A stretch of DNA of 64,000 nucleotides, from assembly GCA_035697515.1 (NCBI GenBank), contig DASSCS010000085.1:5575-69574 (forward strand). Direction: 5' to 3'. Each line of letters starts with the position of its first letter. The stretch's first letter is position 1. Positions 27,410 to 37,046 of the stretch are shown here, piece after piece. The stretch is from Acidimicrobiales bacterium. Lineage in GTDB: Bacteria > Actinomycetota > Acidimicrobiia > Acidimicrobiales > VFJN01. The notes beneath the pieces are model-generated. The model ran no database searches, was not told where the DNA came from, and saw only the letters and a list, made by a program, of their open reading frames with translations. Made by a program: the position numbers and the translations under genes.

Positions 27410-29385
27410 GCGTCCTCCTCCTTCAGTTCGTCGACGAGTTGGCGGGCCCTGTCGGCCACGTTCTCGGGCGTGTAGCCCAGGTTGGCCAGTGCGATGTCGC
27501 CCGGTGCCGAGGCCCCGAAGCGGTCGAGGCTGACGCTCTCGTCGGCCCACCGCTCCCATCCCAGGCTGGCCCCGGCCTCGACCGCCAGCGTGGGCAGCTC
27601 CGGCGGCACCACCGCGTCCTGGTAGTCGTCGTCCTGTACGGCGAACAGGTCCCACGAGGGCATCGACACCACGCGGGCCGGTAGGCCGTCGGCGGCCAGC
27701 AGCGCGGCGGCGTCGACGCACACGGCCACCTCGCTGCCCGTGCCCAGCAATGTGATCCCGGCGTCGCCCGGATCGTGCAGCACGTAGGCGCCCCGCTCGA
27801 CCGCACCGGTGGACGTGCCCTCGAGCACGGGCACGTCCTGGCGGGTGAGCACCAGCGCGGTGGGGCCGTCGGACTCGATGGCGATGCGCCACGCGGCCAC
27901 CGTCTCGTTGGCGTCCGCGGGGCGGATCAGGCGCAGCTGGGGCATGGCCCGCAGCGACGCCAGGTGCTCGATCGGCTGGTGCGTCGGGCCGTCCTGGCCC
28001 AGGCCCACCGAGTCGTGCGTGAACGAGAACACGACCTTCCACTCGGACATGGCGGCGAGCCGCACCGCCGGGCGCATGTAGTCGCTGAAGATGAAGAACG
28101 TGCCGCCCACGGGCAGCACCCCGCCGTGGGCGGCCATGCCGTTCATGACGCCCGCCATGCCGTGCTCGCGCACGCCGAAGTGCATCTGCCGCCCGGCGGG
28201 CTGCTGTGCCGTGAAGACGCCCTGGCCCTTGATGGCCGTGCCGGTGTTGCCGGTCAGGTCGGCACCGCCACCCATCAACCCGGGCACCACGTCGACCAGG
28301 GCCTGCAGGCAGGCGCCGCCGGCCTTGCGGGTGGCGACCTCGGCGCCCGTCTCGAAGCTGGGCAGCGCCTCCTGCCAGCCGGGCACGCCCCGCCCGGCCA
28401 TGGCGGCGTCGTAGGCCACCCGATCGCCGTCCCACTCGGCCAGGCGCTTCTCCCAGGCCTCGCGCCTGGCGCTGCCCCGGCGTCCCGCGGCCCGGTACAG
28501 GTCGAGCACGTCGTCGGGCACCCAGAAGGTCTCGTCGGTGGGCAGGCCCAGGATCTCCTTGGTCGCCACCACCTCGTCGTCGCCGAGCGGGTTGCCGTGG
28601 GCGTCGGCCGTGTCGGTGAAGTTGGGCGACGGCCAGCCGATGTGGCTGCGCAGCACGAGCAGCGACGGGGCGTCGTCGTCGTCGCCGGCGGCGCGCAGGG
28701 CGGCTTCGAGCGCGTCGGTGTCGTTGGCGAGCTCGCCGAGCTGGGTCACGTGCCAGCCGTAGCCCTCGAAGCGGCGTACCACGTCGTCGGAGTACGACAG
28801 CGCCGTGTCACCGTCGATGCTGATGTGGTTGTCGTCGTAGATGTAGACCAGCCGGCCCAGCCTGAGGTGGCCGGCCAGCGAGGCCGCCTCGTGGCTGACG
28901 CCCTCCATCAGGTCGCCGTCGCTGCAGATGACGTACGTACGGTGGTCGCACAGCTCGGGGCCGAAGCGGGCACGCAGCCAGCGCTCGGCCACGCCCATGC
29001 CCACGCCGTTGGCCATCCCCTGACCGAGGGGGCCGGTGGTGACCTCGACGCCTGCGGTGTGGTGCACCTCGGGGTGCCCGGGGGTGGCCGAGCCCCACTG
29101 GCGGAAGTCGCGCAGGTCGTCGAGCGTCAGCCCGTAGCCGGTCAGGTGCAGCATCGAGTAGAGCAGGATCGAGGCGTGGCCGGCCGACAGCACGAAGCGG
29201 TCGCGGTCGGGCCAGTCGGGGGCCTCGGCGTCGTAGTTCAAGATGCGCGTCCACAGGACGTGCGCCAGGGGGGCGAGGGCCATCGCGGTGCCCGGGTGAC
29301 CGTTGCGGGCGGCCTGGGGACCGTCCATGGCCAGCCCTCGGATGACATTGATGGCGCGCTGGTCGGCTGCGGGGTCAGCGGTCAT
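27406..29385 (-). CDS. tkt: transketolase
   Basis: GHPGTAMALAP, SAGHASILLYS, GPLGQG, and ICSDGDLMEGVSHEA...DDNHISIDG (TPP motif). Confidence 0.95.
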   Translation of the reverse strand: MTADPAADQRAINVIRGLAMDGPQAARNGHPGTAMALAPLAHVLWTRILNYDAEAPDWPDRDRFVLSAGHASILLYSMLHLTGYGLTLDDLRDFRQWGSATPGHPEVHHTAGVEVTTGPLGQGMANGVGMGVAERWLRARFGPELCDHRTYVICSDGDLMEGVSHEAASLAGHLRLGRLVYIYDDNHISIDGDTALSYSDDVVRRFEGYGWHVTQLGELANDTDALEAALRAAGDDDDAPSLLVLRSHIGWPSPNFTDTADAHGNPLGDDEVVATKEILGLPTDETFWVPDDVLDLYRAAGRRGSARREAWEKRLAEWDGDRVAYDAAMAGRGVPGWQEALPSFETGAEVATRKAGGACLQALVDVVPGLMGGGADLTGNTGTAIKGQGVFTAQQPAGRQMHFGVREHGMAGVMNGMAAHGGVLPVGGTFFIFSDYMRPAVRLAAMSEWKVVFSFTHDSVGLGQDGPTHQPIEHLASLRAMPQLRLIRPADANETVAAWRIAIESDGPTALVLTRQDVPVLEGTSTGAVERGAYVLHDPGDAGITLLGTGSEVAVCVDAAALLAADGLPARVVSMPSWDLFAVQDDDYQDAVVPPELPTLAVEAGASLGWERWADESVSLDRFGASAPGDIALANLGYTPENVADRARQLVDELKEEDA

Positions 29386-29397
29386 GTCCCTGCCACC

Positions 29398-30549
29398 CTA
29401 CTGGTGGAACAGCACGACACTCGCGGTGAAGCCGTGCACGAAGCTGCGCGTGCCGACGGGCCCGATCTCACCCGCGCAGAACATGCCGGCGACGGCCCCG
29501 GAGGCCACCACGGCATCGACGGCACGGGCGTCGTGATCGGACTCACCGAACAGGTTCCTACCCCGGCCGTTGCAGGTGAAGACCAGGGCGGCCGCGGCGG
29601 GGCCGTCGAGCGCGGCACCGGCCAGCAGGGCCCGCAGGTCCTCGTCGGCGGCGTGGGCGTCGCGCACCTGGAACTGCACGGTCGTTCCCACGGGCACCGC
29701 GTCGCCCACGGCCAGCGCCCGGACCTCGGGGTCGGCGCCCAGCACGTTGCGCACGAGGAAGTCGCCCCGCTCGAAGGTCATGCGGTGCTCGTCGACCGCG
29801 ATACCCAGGTGGAGGCCCTGCGCGAGCTGGGCCCGGTCGTCGGGCGCGGCGTCCCGCACCACCTCCTCGAGGCGGTCGAGGGCCGGACGCCCCGCCAGCT
29901 CGACCAGCAGGCTGCCCTGCGAGCGGGTCACGATCATGGGATCGCCCACCGGCCGGCACCCCTGCGAGACGACCAGCGTGGTCGCCACCTCGGCCGGCAG
30001 CACGACGCCCACGCCGCCGTCGGTCGCCACCTCGCCGTCGAGCACCAGACGGTTGCCACCCGGGCCCCGGGCCGCCGACGCGGCCCCGCCGACCACCGGC
30101 ACCGGCGGGTCGAGCCGGCCCAGGAGGTCGACCACGTCGTCGACCGGCAGCGAGAACGGGTCGGCCAGGAGCACGAGCACCTCGCCGGGGCCACAGGTGC
30201 CGGCGGAGATCCCGCCGACCGCGGTGCCCGATGCCGTGCGCACCGCGGTCACCCGCACGGGGCGGGGAGGCGCGGCCAGGCGGGCGGCCCACAGCGCCAC
30301 GGCGGGCCCGTCCTCGATCTCGCGGGCGCCGCCGACCACGGCCACCGCCGTCGAGCCGATGAGCACCCCCGGCTCGAGCAGCGTGCGAACCGTCCCTGCG
30401 ATGTCGGCCACCACGTCGAGGTGGTGGGGCGAGCAGAACAGCACGGCCAGGTCGGGGTGCGGCCCGACCTCCTCGAGTGCCTGGCCGACGACCTCGCCGG
30501 TGGCGACCGCCGCGGTCGGGTGCAGCGACAGGGCGCTGGCGAAGGCCAC
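29398..30549 (-). CDS. FIST N/C domain sensor protein
   Basis: 383 aa from GTG 30549 (VAFASALS...). PDLAVLFCSPHH and LVFTCNGRGRNLFG...GMFCAGEIGP are typical FIST_N/FIST_C signatures. Confidence 0.8.
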   Translation of the reverse strand: MAFASALSLHPTAAVATGEVVGQALEEVGPHPDLAVLFCSPHHLDVVADIAGTVRTLLEPGVLIGSTAVAVVGGAREIEDGPAVALWAARLAAPPRPVRVTAVRTASGTAVGGISAGTCGPGEVLVLLADPFSLPVDDVVDLLGRLDPPVPVVGGAASAARGPGGNRLVLDGEVATDGGVGVVLPAEVATTLVVSQGCRPVGDPMIVTRSQGSLLVELAGRPALDRLEEVVRDAAPDDRAQLAQGLHLGIAVDEHRMTFERGDFLVRNVLGADPEVRALAVGDAVPVGTTVQFQVRDAHAADEDLRALLAGAALDGPAAAALVFTCNGRGRNLFGESDHDARAVDAVVASGAVAGMFCAGEIGPVGTRSFVHGFTASVVLFHQ

Positions 30550-30560
30550 GCCGCCCCGCC

Positions 30561-30953
30561 TCAGCCCGCCGGGCCGGGCACGAGGGTGTACGGCACGACC
30601 GTGACGTGCCCCGTGTCGATGCGGCAGTGCGCCTCGACGGTGCCGTACTCGGCGAAGTCGACCTCGGCCCGCACCAGCCGGTAGGTGAACTTCCCCGGTT
30701 CGACCTGCAGCGGCTGCACGTTGCGGGCGACCTGCTCGCCATCGCGACGGAAGATCACCTCGAGCACGCCCGAGCCGCTCTCGTCCGGCGCGGAGCGCGC
30801 CAACACGACCAGGTGGGGCGCGACCGTGCAGGGCGGCGGCTCGGGTGGCGCGGCCGAGAAGTGCACCCCGCCGAGGTCGATCTGGGTGGGCCCGCCCTCG
30901 AACGCGGGCTTCAGGTCGATGCTCTCGACGAACAGCGCGGCGACGATGTCCAT
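30561..30953 (-). CDS. hypothetical protein (130 aa), upstream partner of the FIST gene
   Basis: ATG start, high GC3, and an 11-nt gap to the FIST start. Beta-rich sequence with no motif I recognise. Confidence 0.6.
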   Translation of the reverse strand: MDIVAALFVESIDLKPAFEGGPTQIDLGGVHFSAAPPEPPPCTVAPHLVVLARSAPDESGSGVLEVIFRRDGEQVARNVQPLQVEPGKFTYRLVRAEVDFAEYGTVEAHCRIDTGHVTVVPYTLVPGPAG

Positions 30954-30996
30954 GACCCTGAAAGCTAGGGGACCGTAGCGGCAGTACCCTCACAGA

Positions 30997-31623
30997 GTGG
31001 CGTACGAGGGAGAAGCGAGCTCGACACGGGAGGCGATCCTGTCCGAGGCCCGCCGCTGCTTCGCCGACAACGGCTACGAGGGCACCTCGCTCAACGACAT
31101 CGCCGCCGGGGTGGGCATCCGACGGTCGAGCCTGCTGCACCACTTCCCGTCGAAGGAGGCCGTCTACCAGGCGGTCTTCGAGCAGGCGCTGCACGACTGG
31201 GGCCTCCGCATCAACAAATCGGTCGATGACCCGTCGGCCGGTCCCGGCGAGGAGGGCTGGACCCACGTCGACCGGGTGCTCACCGAGGCCGTCCGCTGGT
31301 TCGCCGAGAACCCCGACTTCGTGCGCCTGGTGCGCCACGAGTCGCTGGCCGCGGGCAGCCACCTGGGCTTCGACCTGGGCGAGGCGCTGCGACCCAACTT
31401 CCAGCGGGCCGTCAACTACTTCGAGCGCGAGATGGGCGAGGGCCGCCTCCGCAAGCACGACCCCGAGCAGCTGATCATCAGCGGCTACGGGGCCATCCTC
31501 AACTACTTCAGCGACGTCCACTTCCTGCAGGGCCTGCTCGGTCGCGACCCCATGGCGGAGGACGCCATCGAGACCCGCATCCAGGCCATCCGCGACTTCT
31601 TCCGCGCCGCCCTGGAACCGTGA
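30997..31623 (+). CDS. TetR/AcrR family transcriptional regulator
   Basis: [47 protein letters not shown] (HTH). Confidence 0.9.
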   Translation: MAYEGEASSTREAILSEARRCFADNGYEGTSLNDIAAGVGIRRSSLLHHFPSKEAVYQAVFEQALHDWGLRINKSVDDPSAGPGEEGWTHVDRVLTEAVRWFAENPDFVRLVRHESLAAGSHLGFDLGEALRPNFQRAVNYFEREMGEGRLRKHDPEQLIISGYGAILNYFSDVHFLQGLLGRDPMAEDAIETRIQAIRDFFRAALEP

Positions 31624-31706
31624 CCGCTGTCGCCGTCGGCGACCGCATGGCGTCGCGGCGCCGTGACTTCGGGGGGGTCGAGCGCGGGTCACTAGCCTGG
31701 CCGGCC

Positions 31707-32351
31707 ATGCCCACGCTCTCCGAGGCGGACTCCAAAGAGCTGCTCGCCACGTACGGTGTGGCGTTCCCCACCGAACGAGTCGTGTCCACGGCCGCTGCGG
31801 CGGTCGAGGCCGCCGGTGAGATCGGCTACCCGGTGGTGCTCAAGCTGGGGGGCGACCGCATCGCCCACAAGACCGAGCGCGACCTCGTGCGCCTGGGGCT
31901 CGGCTCGGCCGAGCAGGTGCGCGGCGCGGCCGGCGACCTGCTGGCCGCCGCCACGCCCGACGACGGCGCGGTGCACCTGCTGGTGGCGCCGATGCTGCGA
32001 GCCACCCGCGAGCTCATCGCCGGACTGCACGACGACAGCCAGTTCGGCATGACGGTCATGCTGGGCGTGGGCGGCATCCTGGCCGAGGCCGTGGCCGACG
32101 TGAGCTTCCGGCTCGTGCCCATCACCCGGGTCGACGCCGAGGAGATGATCGACGACCTGGCCCTGCAGGCGCTGCTCGGCCCCTTCCGGGGCGAACCGGC
32201 CGTCGACCGGGCCGCCCTGGCCGACGTGCTGCTGGGACTGTCCAGCGCGGCCGAGCAGCGTGCCGACATCGCGTCGGCCGACCTCAACCCGCTGCTGGTG
32301 GTCGACGGTCGACCGGTGGCCGTCGACGCGCTGGTGGAGGTGCGGTCGTGA
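31707..32351 (+). CDS. ADP-forming acetyl/acyl-CoA synthetase, ATP-grasp (beta) subunit
   Basis: MPTLSEADSKELLATYGV...YPVVLKL...IAHKTERDLVRLGL. The track ORF opens at GTG 31620, overlapping the tetR stop. Confidence 0.8.
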   Translation: MPTLSEADSKELLATYGVAFPTERVVSTAAAAVEAAGEIGYPVVLKLGGDRIAHKTERDLVRLGLGSAEQVRGAAGDLLAAATPDDGAVHLLVAPMLRATRELIAGLHDDSQFGMTVMLGVGGILAEAVADVSFRLVPITRVDAEEMIDDLALQALLGPFRGEPAVDRAALADVLLGLSSAAEQRADIASADLNPLLVVDGRPVAVDALVEVRS

Positions 32352-33811
32352 CCGACCGGTTCAAGGCCCTGTTCGAGCCCCGGGGGGTGCTGGTGGCGGG
32401 CGCCTCGACCCACCCCGGCAAGTTCGGCTTCGTGAGCCTGCACAACATCCTGGCCTGCGGCTACCAGGGGAAGGTGTTCGCCACCAACCGCGACGGGGCC
32501 GAGGTGCTCGGCATCCAGTCGGTGGCCGACATCGACGACCTGCCCGACGGCGAGATCGACCTGGTCTTCGTGTGCACCCCGGCGTCCACCAACCCCGACG
32601 TGCTGCGCGCCTGCGCCAAGAAGGGCATCACCGCCGCCTTCATCGCCTCTGCCGGCTACGGCGAGGCGGGGGAGGAGGGCCTGGCCGCCCAGGCCGACCT
32701 CGTCGCCCTGGCCGACGAGCTGGGCATCCTGCTGGCGGGGCCCAACGGGCAGGGCGTCGTGTCGCCACCCGTGCGGCTGTGCGCCCAGATCGTGGGGCCG
32801 TTCCCGCCGGCCGGTCACATCGGCATCGCCAGCCAGTCGGGCAACTTCGTCAGCTCGTTCGAGAACTACGCCCAGCTCACCGGCGTCGGGGTCAGCAGGG
32901 CCGTGTCGGCCGGCAACGCCGCGGCCGTGACCGTGCCCGACTACCTCGAGTACTACGCCGACGATCCCGAGACCCGGGTCGCCCTGGCCTACGTCGAGAG
33001 CGTGGGCGACGGGCGGTCCTTCGTCGAGCGCCTGCGGGCCGTGGCCGAGCGCAAGCCGGTCGTAATGGTCAAGGGCGGCGCCACCGTCGGCGGTCAGCGG
33101 GCGGCCGCCAGCCACACCGGGGCCCTGGCCAGCGACGACCGGGTGTTCGACGGCGCCGCCCGCCAGGCGGGCGTGTCTCGGGCGGCCACGGTGGAAGAGG
33201 GCTTCGAGGTGGCGGCCACGTTCGCGTCGCAGCCGCTGCCTCGGGGCAACCGGGTGGTCGTCGTGACCACGGTGGGCGGCTGGGGCGTGGTCGCCGCCGA
33301 CGCCATCGCCGGCACCGACCTCGAGCTGGCCCCGCTGCCGGACGACCTGACGGCCGCGATCGACGGCCTGCTGCCGCCCCGCTGGAGCCGCAACAACCCG
33401 GTCGACATGGCGGGCGGCGAGACCCGCGACACCGTGCCCGAGATCATGCGCCTCGCGGCCCACCACCCCGGGGTCGACGCCGTGATCTTGCTGGGCATGG
33501 GCATCCAGTCGAACGAGGCCAAGCTCATGCGCGAGGGGCCGTTCTGGCCCGACCACGGCCTCGAGCGCATCGTCGCCTTCCACGAACGCCAGGACGCCCG
33601 CTACGCCGAGGCGGCCGCCGAGGTGAGCGACACCACGGGCAAGCCGGTGCTCCTGGCCACCGAGCTGGCGGTCACCTCGCCCGACAACCCGGGCCCCGCC
33701 GGGGTCCGGGCCACGGGCCGCCTCTGCTACCCGTCGGCCAACCGGGCGGTGACCGCCCTCGACCACCTGTGGCGGCGCGCCCGCTGGCTCGACCGCCGCG
33801 GCCTGCTGTGA
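32348..33811 (+). CDS. ADP-forming acetyl/acyl-CoA synthetase, CoA-binding/ligase (alpha) subunit
   Basis: LFEPRGVLVAGASTHPGKFG, LVFVCTPA and LLAGPNGQG. GTG overlaps the upstream stop (GTGA). Confidence 0.85.
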   Translation: MTDRFKALFEPRGVLVAGASTHPGKFGFVSLHNILACGYQGKVFATNRDGAEVLGIQSVADIDDLPDGEIDLVFVCTPASTNPDVLRACAKKGITAAFIASAGYGEAGEEGLAAQADLVALADELGILLAGPNGQGVVSPPVRLCAQIVGPFPPAGHIGIASQSGNFVSSFENYAQLTGVGVSRAVSAGNAAAVTVPDYLEYYADDPETRVALAYVESVGDGRSFVERLRAVAERKPVVMVKGGATVGGQRAAASHTGALASDDRVFDGAARQAGVSRAATVEEGFEVAATFASQPLPRGNRVVVVTTVGGWGVVAADAIAGTDLELAPLPDDLTAAIDGLLPPRWSRNNPVDMAGGETRDTVPEIMRLAAHHPGVDAVILLGMGIQSNEAKLMREGPFWPDHGLERIVAFHERQDARYAEAAAEVSDTTGKPVLLATELAVTSPDNPGPAGVRATGRLCYPSANRAVTALDHLWRRARWLDRRGLL

Positions 33812-33853
33812 CCGAGTGAGCAGGGGCACCGAGCGAACCATGGACACCGCGCG

Positions 33854-35380
33854 GTGCCCGGCCCGCGGGATGCACCGGTGAGCGACGAGGGCGAACACCG
33901 GCCGCGCCACCTCTCCCGCTCCGACGACTCGGCCGAGCCGGCCCGGGAGGGTGCCGAACGCCGGGGCGGGGGCTGGGTGGTGCCCGCCGTGCTGGCGCTC
34001 GTCGCGCTGGGCGCGGGCACTGCCGCGCTGGTGCTCGACGACGACCCGGCAGCCGAGGCCGTGGGCGTCGACCGGGTGGCCACGCCCGTCCTGTCGGCCC
34101 GCCGGGTGCCCGAGACCATCGCCGCGCCGCTGGCCGACCGGCGCCTCGCCGCCGATCTGCAGGCGTGGCTGGCGTCATCCCCCGCCGACACCTGCCTGGT
34201 GGTCGAGATCGAGGGCCGCGAGTCCTTCGCCCACCACCCCAACGAGCCGGTGACCGGCGCCTCGACCCAGAAGCTGCTCACGGCCACCGGCCTGCTCCTG
34301 GCCCTCGGGCCCGACGCCACCATCCGCACCGAGGCCGTCGCCGCCGCGGCCCCCGAGGGTGGCGTGGTGGCGGGCGACCTGTTCGTGGTGGGCGGTGGTC
34401 CGGCCGACCTCGGGACGCTCGATTGGCCGATGCTCAGCCCCGGCACCCGGCCCCGCGTCGTCCACGACATCGACGCCCTCGTCGCCGCCATCCGCGACGC
34501 CGGCGTCACCCGCATCGAGGGCGGTGTCGTCGGCGACGGCAGCCGCTACGACGCCCAGCGCTATTCGCCGACGCTCGCCCGGCGGCTCATCGACCAGGAC
34601 CAGGTGGGCCCGATCGGCGGCCTGATGGTCAACGACGGCTTCGCCGAGTTCTCGACCGCCCGCTCCAACGCGTCGACGGTGCCGGCCGACGACCCCGCCG
34701 CCGACGCGGCGCGCGTGCTGACCGAGCGCCTCGAGGCCCGGGGCATCGCCGTGGGGGGCGCGCCGCGGGCCGGCGTGGCGCCCGAGGGCGCGGCCGTCGT
34801 GGCATCGCTCGACTCGCCGCCGCTCGCCCAGATCGTGGCCGAGATGCTCACCACCAGCGACAACGAGACGGCCGAGGCCGCGCTCAAGGAGATCGGCGTG
34901 GCGGCCTCGGGCGAGGGTTCGTGGGACGCCGGCGCCGCCGGGCTGACCGAGCTGTTGGCCGAGGCGGGGGTACCGGTGGACGGGGTGCAGGTGGCCGACG
35001 GCTCGGGGCTGAGCATCGAGAACCGGTTCACCTGCCGCACGCTGGTCGACGTGCTGGGGCTCCCGGAGACCGGCCCGGTCGTGCGGGACGGCCTGGCCGT
35101 GGCGGGCGAGACGGGCACGCTGGCCGAGCGCTGGCGCGGCACCGACGTCGCCGGCCGTCTGCGGGCCAAGACGGGCACGCTGCGCAACGTCACGGCGCTG
35201 GCCGGCGAGATGGAGCCGCTCGCCGGGGGCAGCTCCGTGTGGTTCGCGTACGTGGCCAACGTGGCCGACCCCGGCCTGGTCAGCCCGGAGCAGGTCGGCC
35301 TCGACGGGCTGGCCGACATCCTGGTGCGGTACCCGCGTGAGGTCGACCTGGCCGCCCTCGACCCCGAACCCATCGGCTGA
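33854..35380 (+). CDS. D-alanyl-D-alanine carboxypeptidase/endopeptidase, PBP4 (S13) family
   Basis: SxxK in GASTQKLLT, SxN in TSDNETAE, and KTG in KTGTLRNV. N-terminal TM anchor. Confidence 0.85.
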   Translation: MPGPRDAPVSDEGEHRPRHLSRSDDSAEPAREGAERRGGGWVVPAVLALVALGAGTAALVLDDDPAAEAVGVDRVATPVLSARRVPETIAAPLADRRLAADLQAWLASSPADTCLVVEIEGRESFAHHPNEPVTGASTQKLLTATGLLLALGPDATIRTEAVAAAAPEGGVVAGDLFVVGGGPADLGTLDWPMLSPGTRPRVVHDIDALVAAIRDAGVTRIEGGVVGDGSRYDAQRYSPTLARRLIDQDQVGPIGGLMVNDGFAEFSTARSNASTVPADDPAADAARVLTERLEARGIAVGGAPRAGVAPEGAAVVASLDSPPLAQIVAEMLTTSDNETAEAALKEIGVAASGEGSWDAGAAGLTELLAEAGVPVDGVQVADGSGLSIENRFTCRTLVDVLGLPETGPVVRDGLAVAGETGTLAERWRGTDVAGRLRAKTGTLRNVTALAGEMEPLAGGSSVWFAYVANVADPGLVSPEQVGLDGLADILVRYPREVDLAALDPEPIG

Positions 35381-35407
35381 CGCGGCGTCGCCGCGTGCCA
35401 CGCTGGG

Positions 35408-36109
35408 ATGGTGGCGGTGATGCCCATGTTCCCGCTGGGCACGGTGCTGGTGCCCACCATGGTGCTGCCCCTGCACGTCTTCGAGCCCCGCTACCGGCGC
35501 CTGGTGCACGACTGCCTGGCCGGCGACGGCGAGTTCGGGGTGGTTCTCATCGAGCGTGGCTCGGAGGTGGGCGGCGGCGACGTGCGCACCGACGTCGGCG
35601 CGGTGGCCCGCATCCTGCAGGCCGCCGAGACGCCCGACGGCCGCTTCGCGCTGGCCGCGGTGGGCGTGCGCCGGCTGTTGGTCGAGCGGTGGCTCGAGGA
35701 CGACCCGTACCCGCGGGCGGAGGTGCGCGACTGGCCCGACCCGCCGACCGGCGCCGACGAGCTCGGCGTGCACCTCGGCGAGGCCGGCGACGCCGGAGGG
35801 GCCGGGCCGGCCAGCGGCGCCGCGGCGGTGGGCGAGGCGGCGGCCGGGCGAGCCGCGCAGGTGACCGCGCTGCTGCGCCGGGCTGCGGCGCTCAGCGCCG
35901 AGCTGGGCGAGCCCGCGCCGCCCCTCGACCTCGAGCTGTCGGACGATCTCACGGTCGCCAGCTACCAGGCCACCGCGGTGGCGCCGCTGGGCCCGGCCGA
36001 CAAGCAGGACCTGCTGCGGGCGCCGTCGGTGCCGGCGCGCTTCGTGGCTCTGGTGCGCCTCCTCCGGGAACGCACGGAGCTGCTGGAGGCCCGCCTGGCC
36101 GGGGGCTGA
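35408..36109 (+). CDS. LON peptidase substrate-binding (LON-N) domain protein
   Basis: MPMFPLGTVLVPTMVLPLHVFEPRYRRLV...GEFGVVLIERG. Confidence 0.8.
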   Translation: MVAVMPMFPLGTVLVPTMVLPLHVFEPRYRRLVHDCLAGDGEFGVVLIERGSEVGGGDVRTDVGAVARILQAAETPDGRFALAAVGVRRLLVERWLEDDPYPRAEVRDWPDPPTGADELGVHLGEAGDAGGAGPASGAAAVGEAAAGRAAQVTALLRRAAALSAELGEPAPPLDLELSDDLTVASYQATAVAPLGPADKQDLLRAPSVPARFVALVRLLRERTELLEARLAGG

Positions 36110-36149
36110 GGGGGGTCCGACCGGCAACCGGTGCCCGCGTGGTACAACC

Positions 36150-36491
36150 ATGGCTCCCGTCCGCAACAGGAGCGACGCCGCGGTGCCCGAGCCCGAGCCC
36201 AAGTCCATGCCCGAGGTCGCCACCGAGCTGTGGGCCCTCACCAAGGACTACGCGCGCCAGGAGACGGTCGATCCGCTCAAGGGCGTCGGGCGCTACCTGG
36301 GCTACGGCGCCGCCGGCGCCGTCCTCGGGGGCGTCGGGGTGATCCTGCTGATGCTCGCCGGGCTGCGCGCCCTGCAGACCGAGACGGGCGACGCGCTCGA
36401 CGGCAACCTGTCGTGGCTGCCCTACCTCATCGTCCTCGCCGTGGCGGCCGCCCTGGTGGCCTGGGCCGTCACCCGCATCTCCAGGAAGTGA
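36150..36491 (+). CDS. small 2-TM membrane protein (phage-holin-family/DUF1469-like)
   Basis: ELWALTKDYARQETVDPLKGVGRYLGYGAAGAVLGGVGVILLMLAG plus a second TM, WLPYLIVLAVAAALVAWAV. The family call is tentative. Confidence 0.6.
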   Translation: MAPVRNRSDAAVPEPEPKSMPEVATELWALTKDYARQETVDPLKGVGRYLGYGAAGAVLGGVGVILLMLAGLRALQTETGDALDGNLSWLPYLIVLAVAAALVAWAVTRISRK

Positions 36492-36495
36492 ACAG

Positions 36496-36726
36496 GTGAC
36501 GCCCATGGCCGCGCCCGGCACATCACGTCAACGCATCACCCGCACCGACCTCGAGGACAAGTTCCGCGAGCTCGAGGGCGGCGCCCGCGAGCAGGCCGAG
36601 TCCGCCCGCTCGACGCTGGTGACCGCCGGCGTCGTGGCGCTGCTCGTCCTGCTGCTGGTGGCCTTCCTGCTCGGCACGCGCAAGGGGCGCAAGCGCAGCA
36701 CCGTCGTCGAGATCCGCCGGGTCTGA
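36496..36726 (+). CDS. small single-TM protein
   Basis: High GC3. A helical N-terminus, the TM segment TAGVVALLVLLLVAFLLG, and a basic tail. Confidence 0.55.
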   Translation: MTPMAAPGTSRQRITRTDLEDKFRELEGGAREQAESARSTLVTAGVVALLVLLLVAFLLGTRKGRKRSTVVEIRRV

Positions 36727-36727
36727 C

Positions 36728-36997
36728 GTGCCCAGCCCAACAGCTCGGATCGACAGAGGGCTTCACTTCCTCCAGCGCCGGGGCGTCAGCAAGGGCGTCA
36801 TCGGCAGCTCGCGGGGCTGGTTCTGGGTGGCGGTGGTCACCTGGACCGTCCGCCGGGTCCGCCGGGCGATCGGCAGCGAGTACGAGCTGGTGTACCGGGG
36901 CACGCTCAAGCCGGGCGAGGTCCTCGAGATCGGGCACCGCACCGAGACCTACGACGGCAGGCGCGTCCGCGCGCGCCGGCGCAAGGTGCAGGCCTGA
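36728..36997 (+). CDS. hypothetical small basic protein
   Basis: High GC3. The start lies 1 nt after the previous stop. WFWVAVVTWTVRRV is a hydrophobic segment. Confidence 0.5.
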   Translation: MPSPTARIDRGLHFLQRRGVSKGVIGSSRGWFWVAVVTWTVRRVRRAIGSEYELVYRGTLKPGEVLEIGHRTETYDGRRVRARRRKVQA

Positions 36998-37046
36998 CGC
37001 CGGGGAGTGCCGGCCCTGGGTGCCGGCACGCGACAATGGTTGCGTC

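Noticed and set aside
30954-30996. TetR operator palindrome in the 43-bp divergent spacer (GGACCGTAGCGGCAGTACC).
   Set aside because: The two arms are only loosely complementary when written out, so it is not convincing without binding data.
36150-36491. Holin-like protein as a sign of a prophage or lysis cassette.
   Set aside because: No terminase, capsid, integrase, endolysin or att-like repeats lie nearby. Composition matches the host, and this kind of small membrane protein is common in actinobacterial chromosomes.
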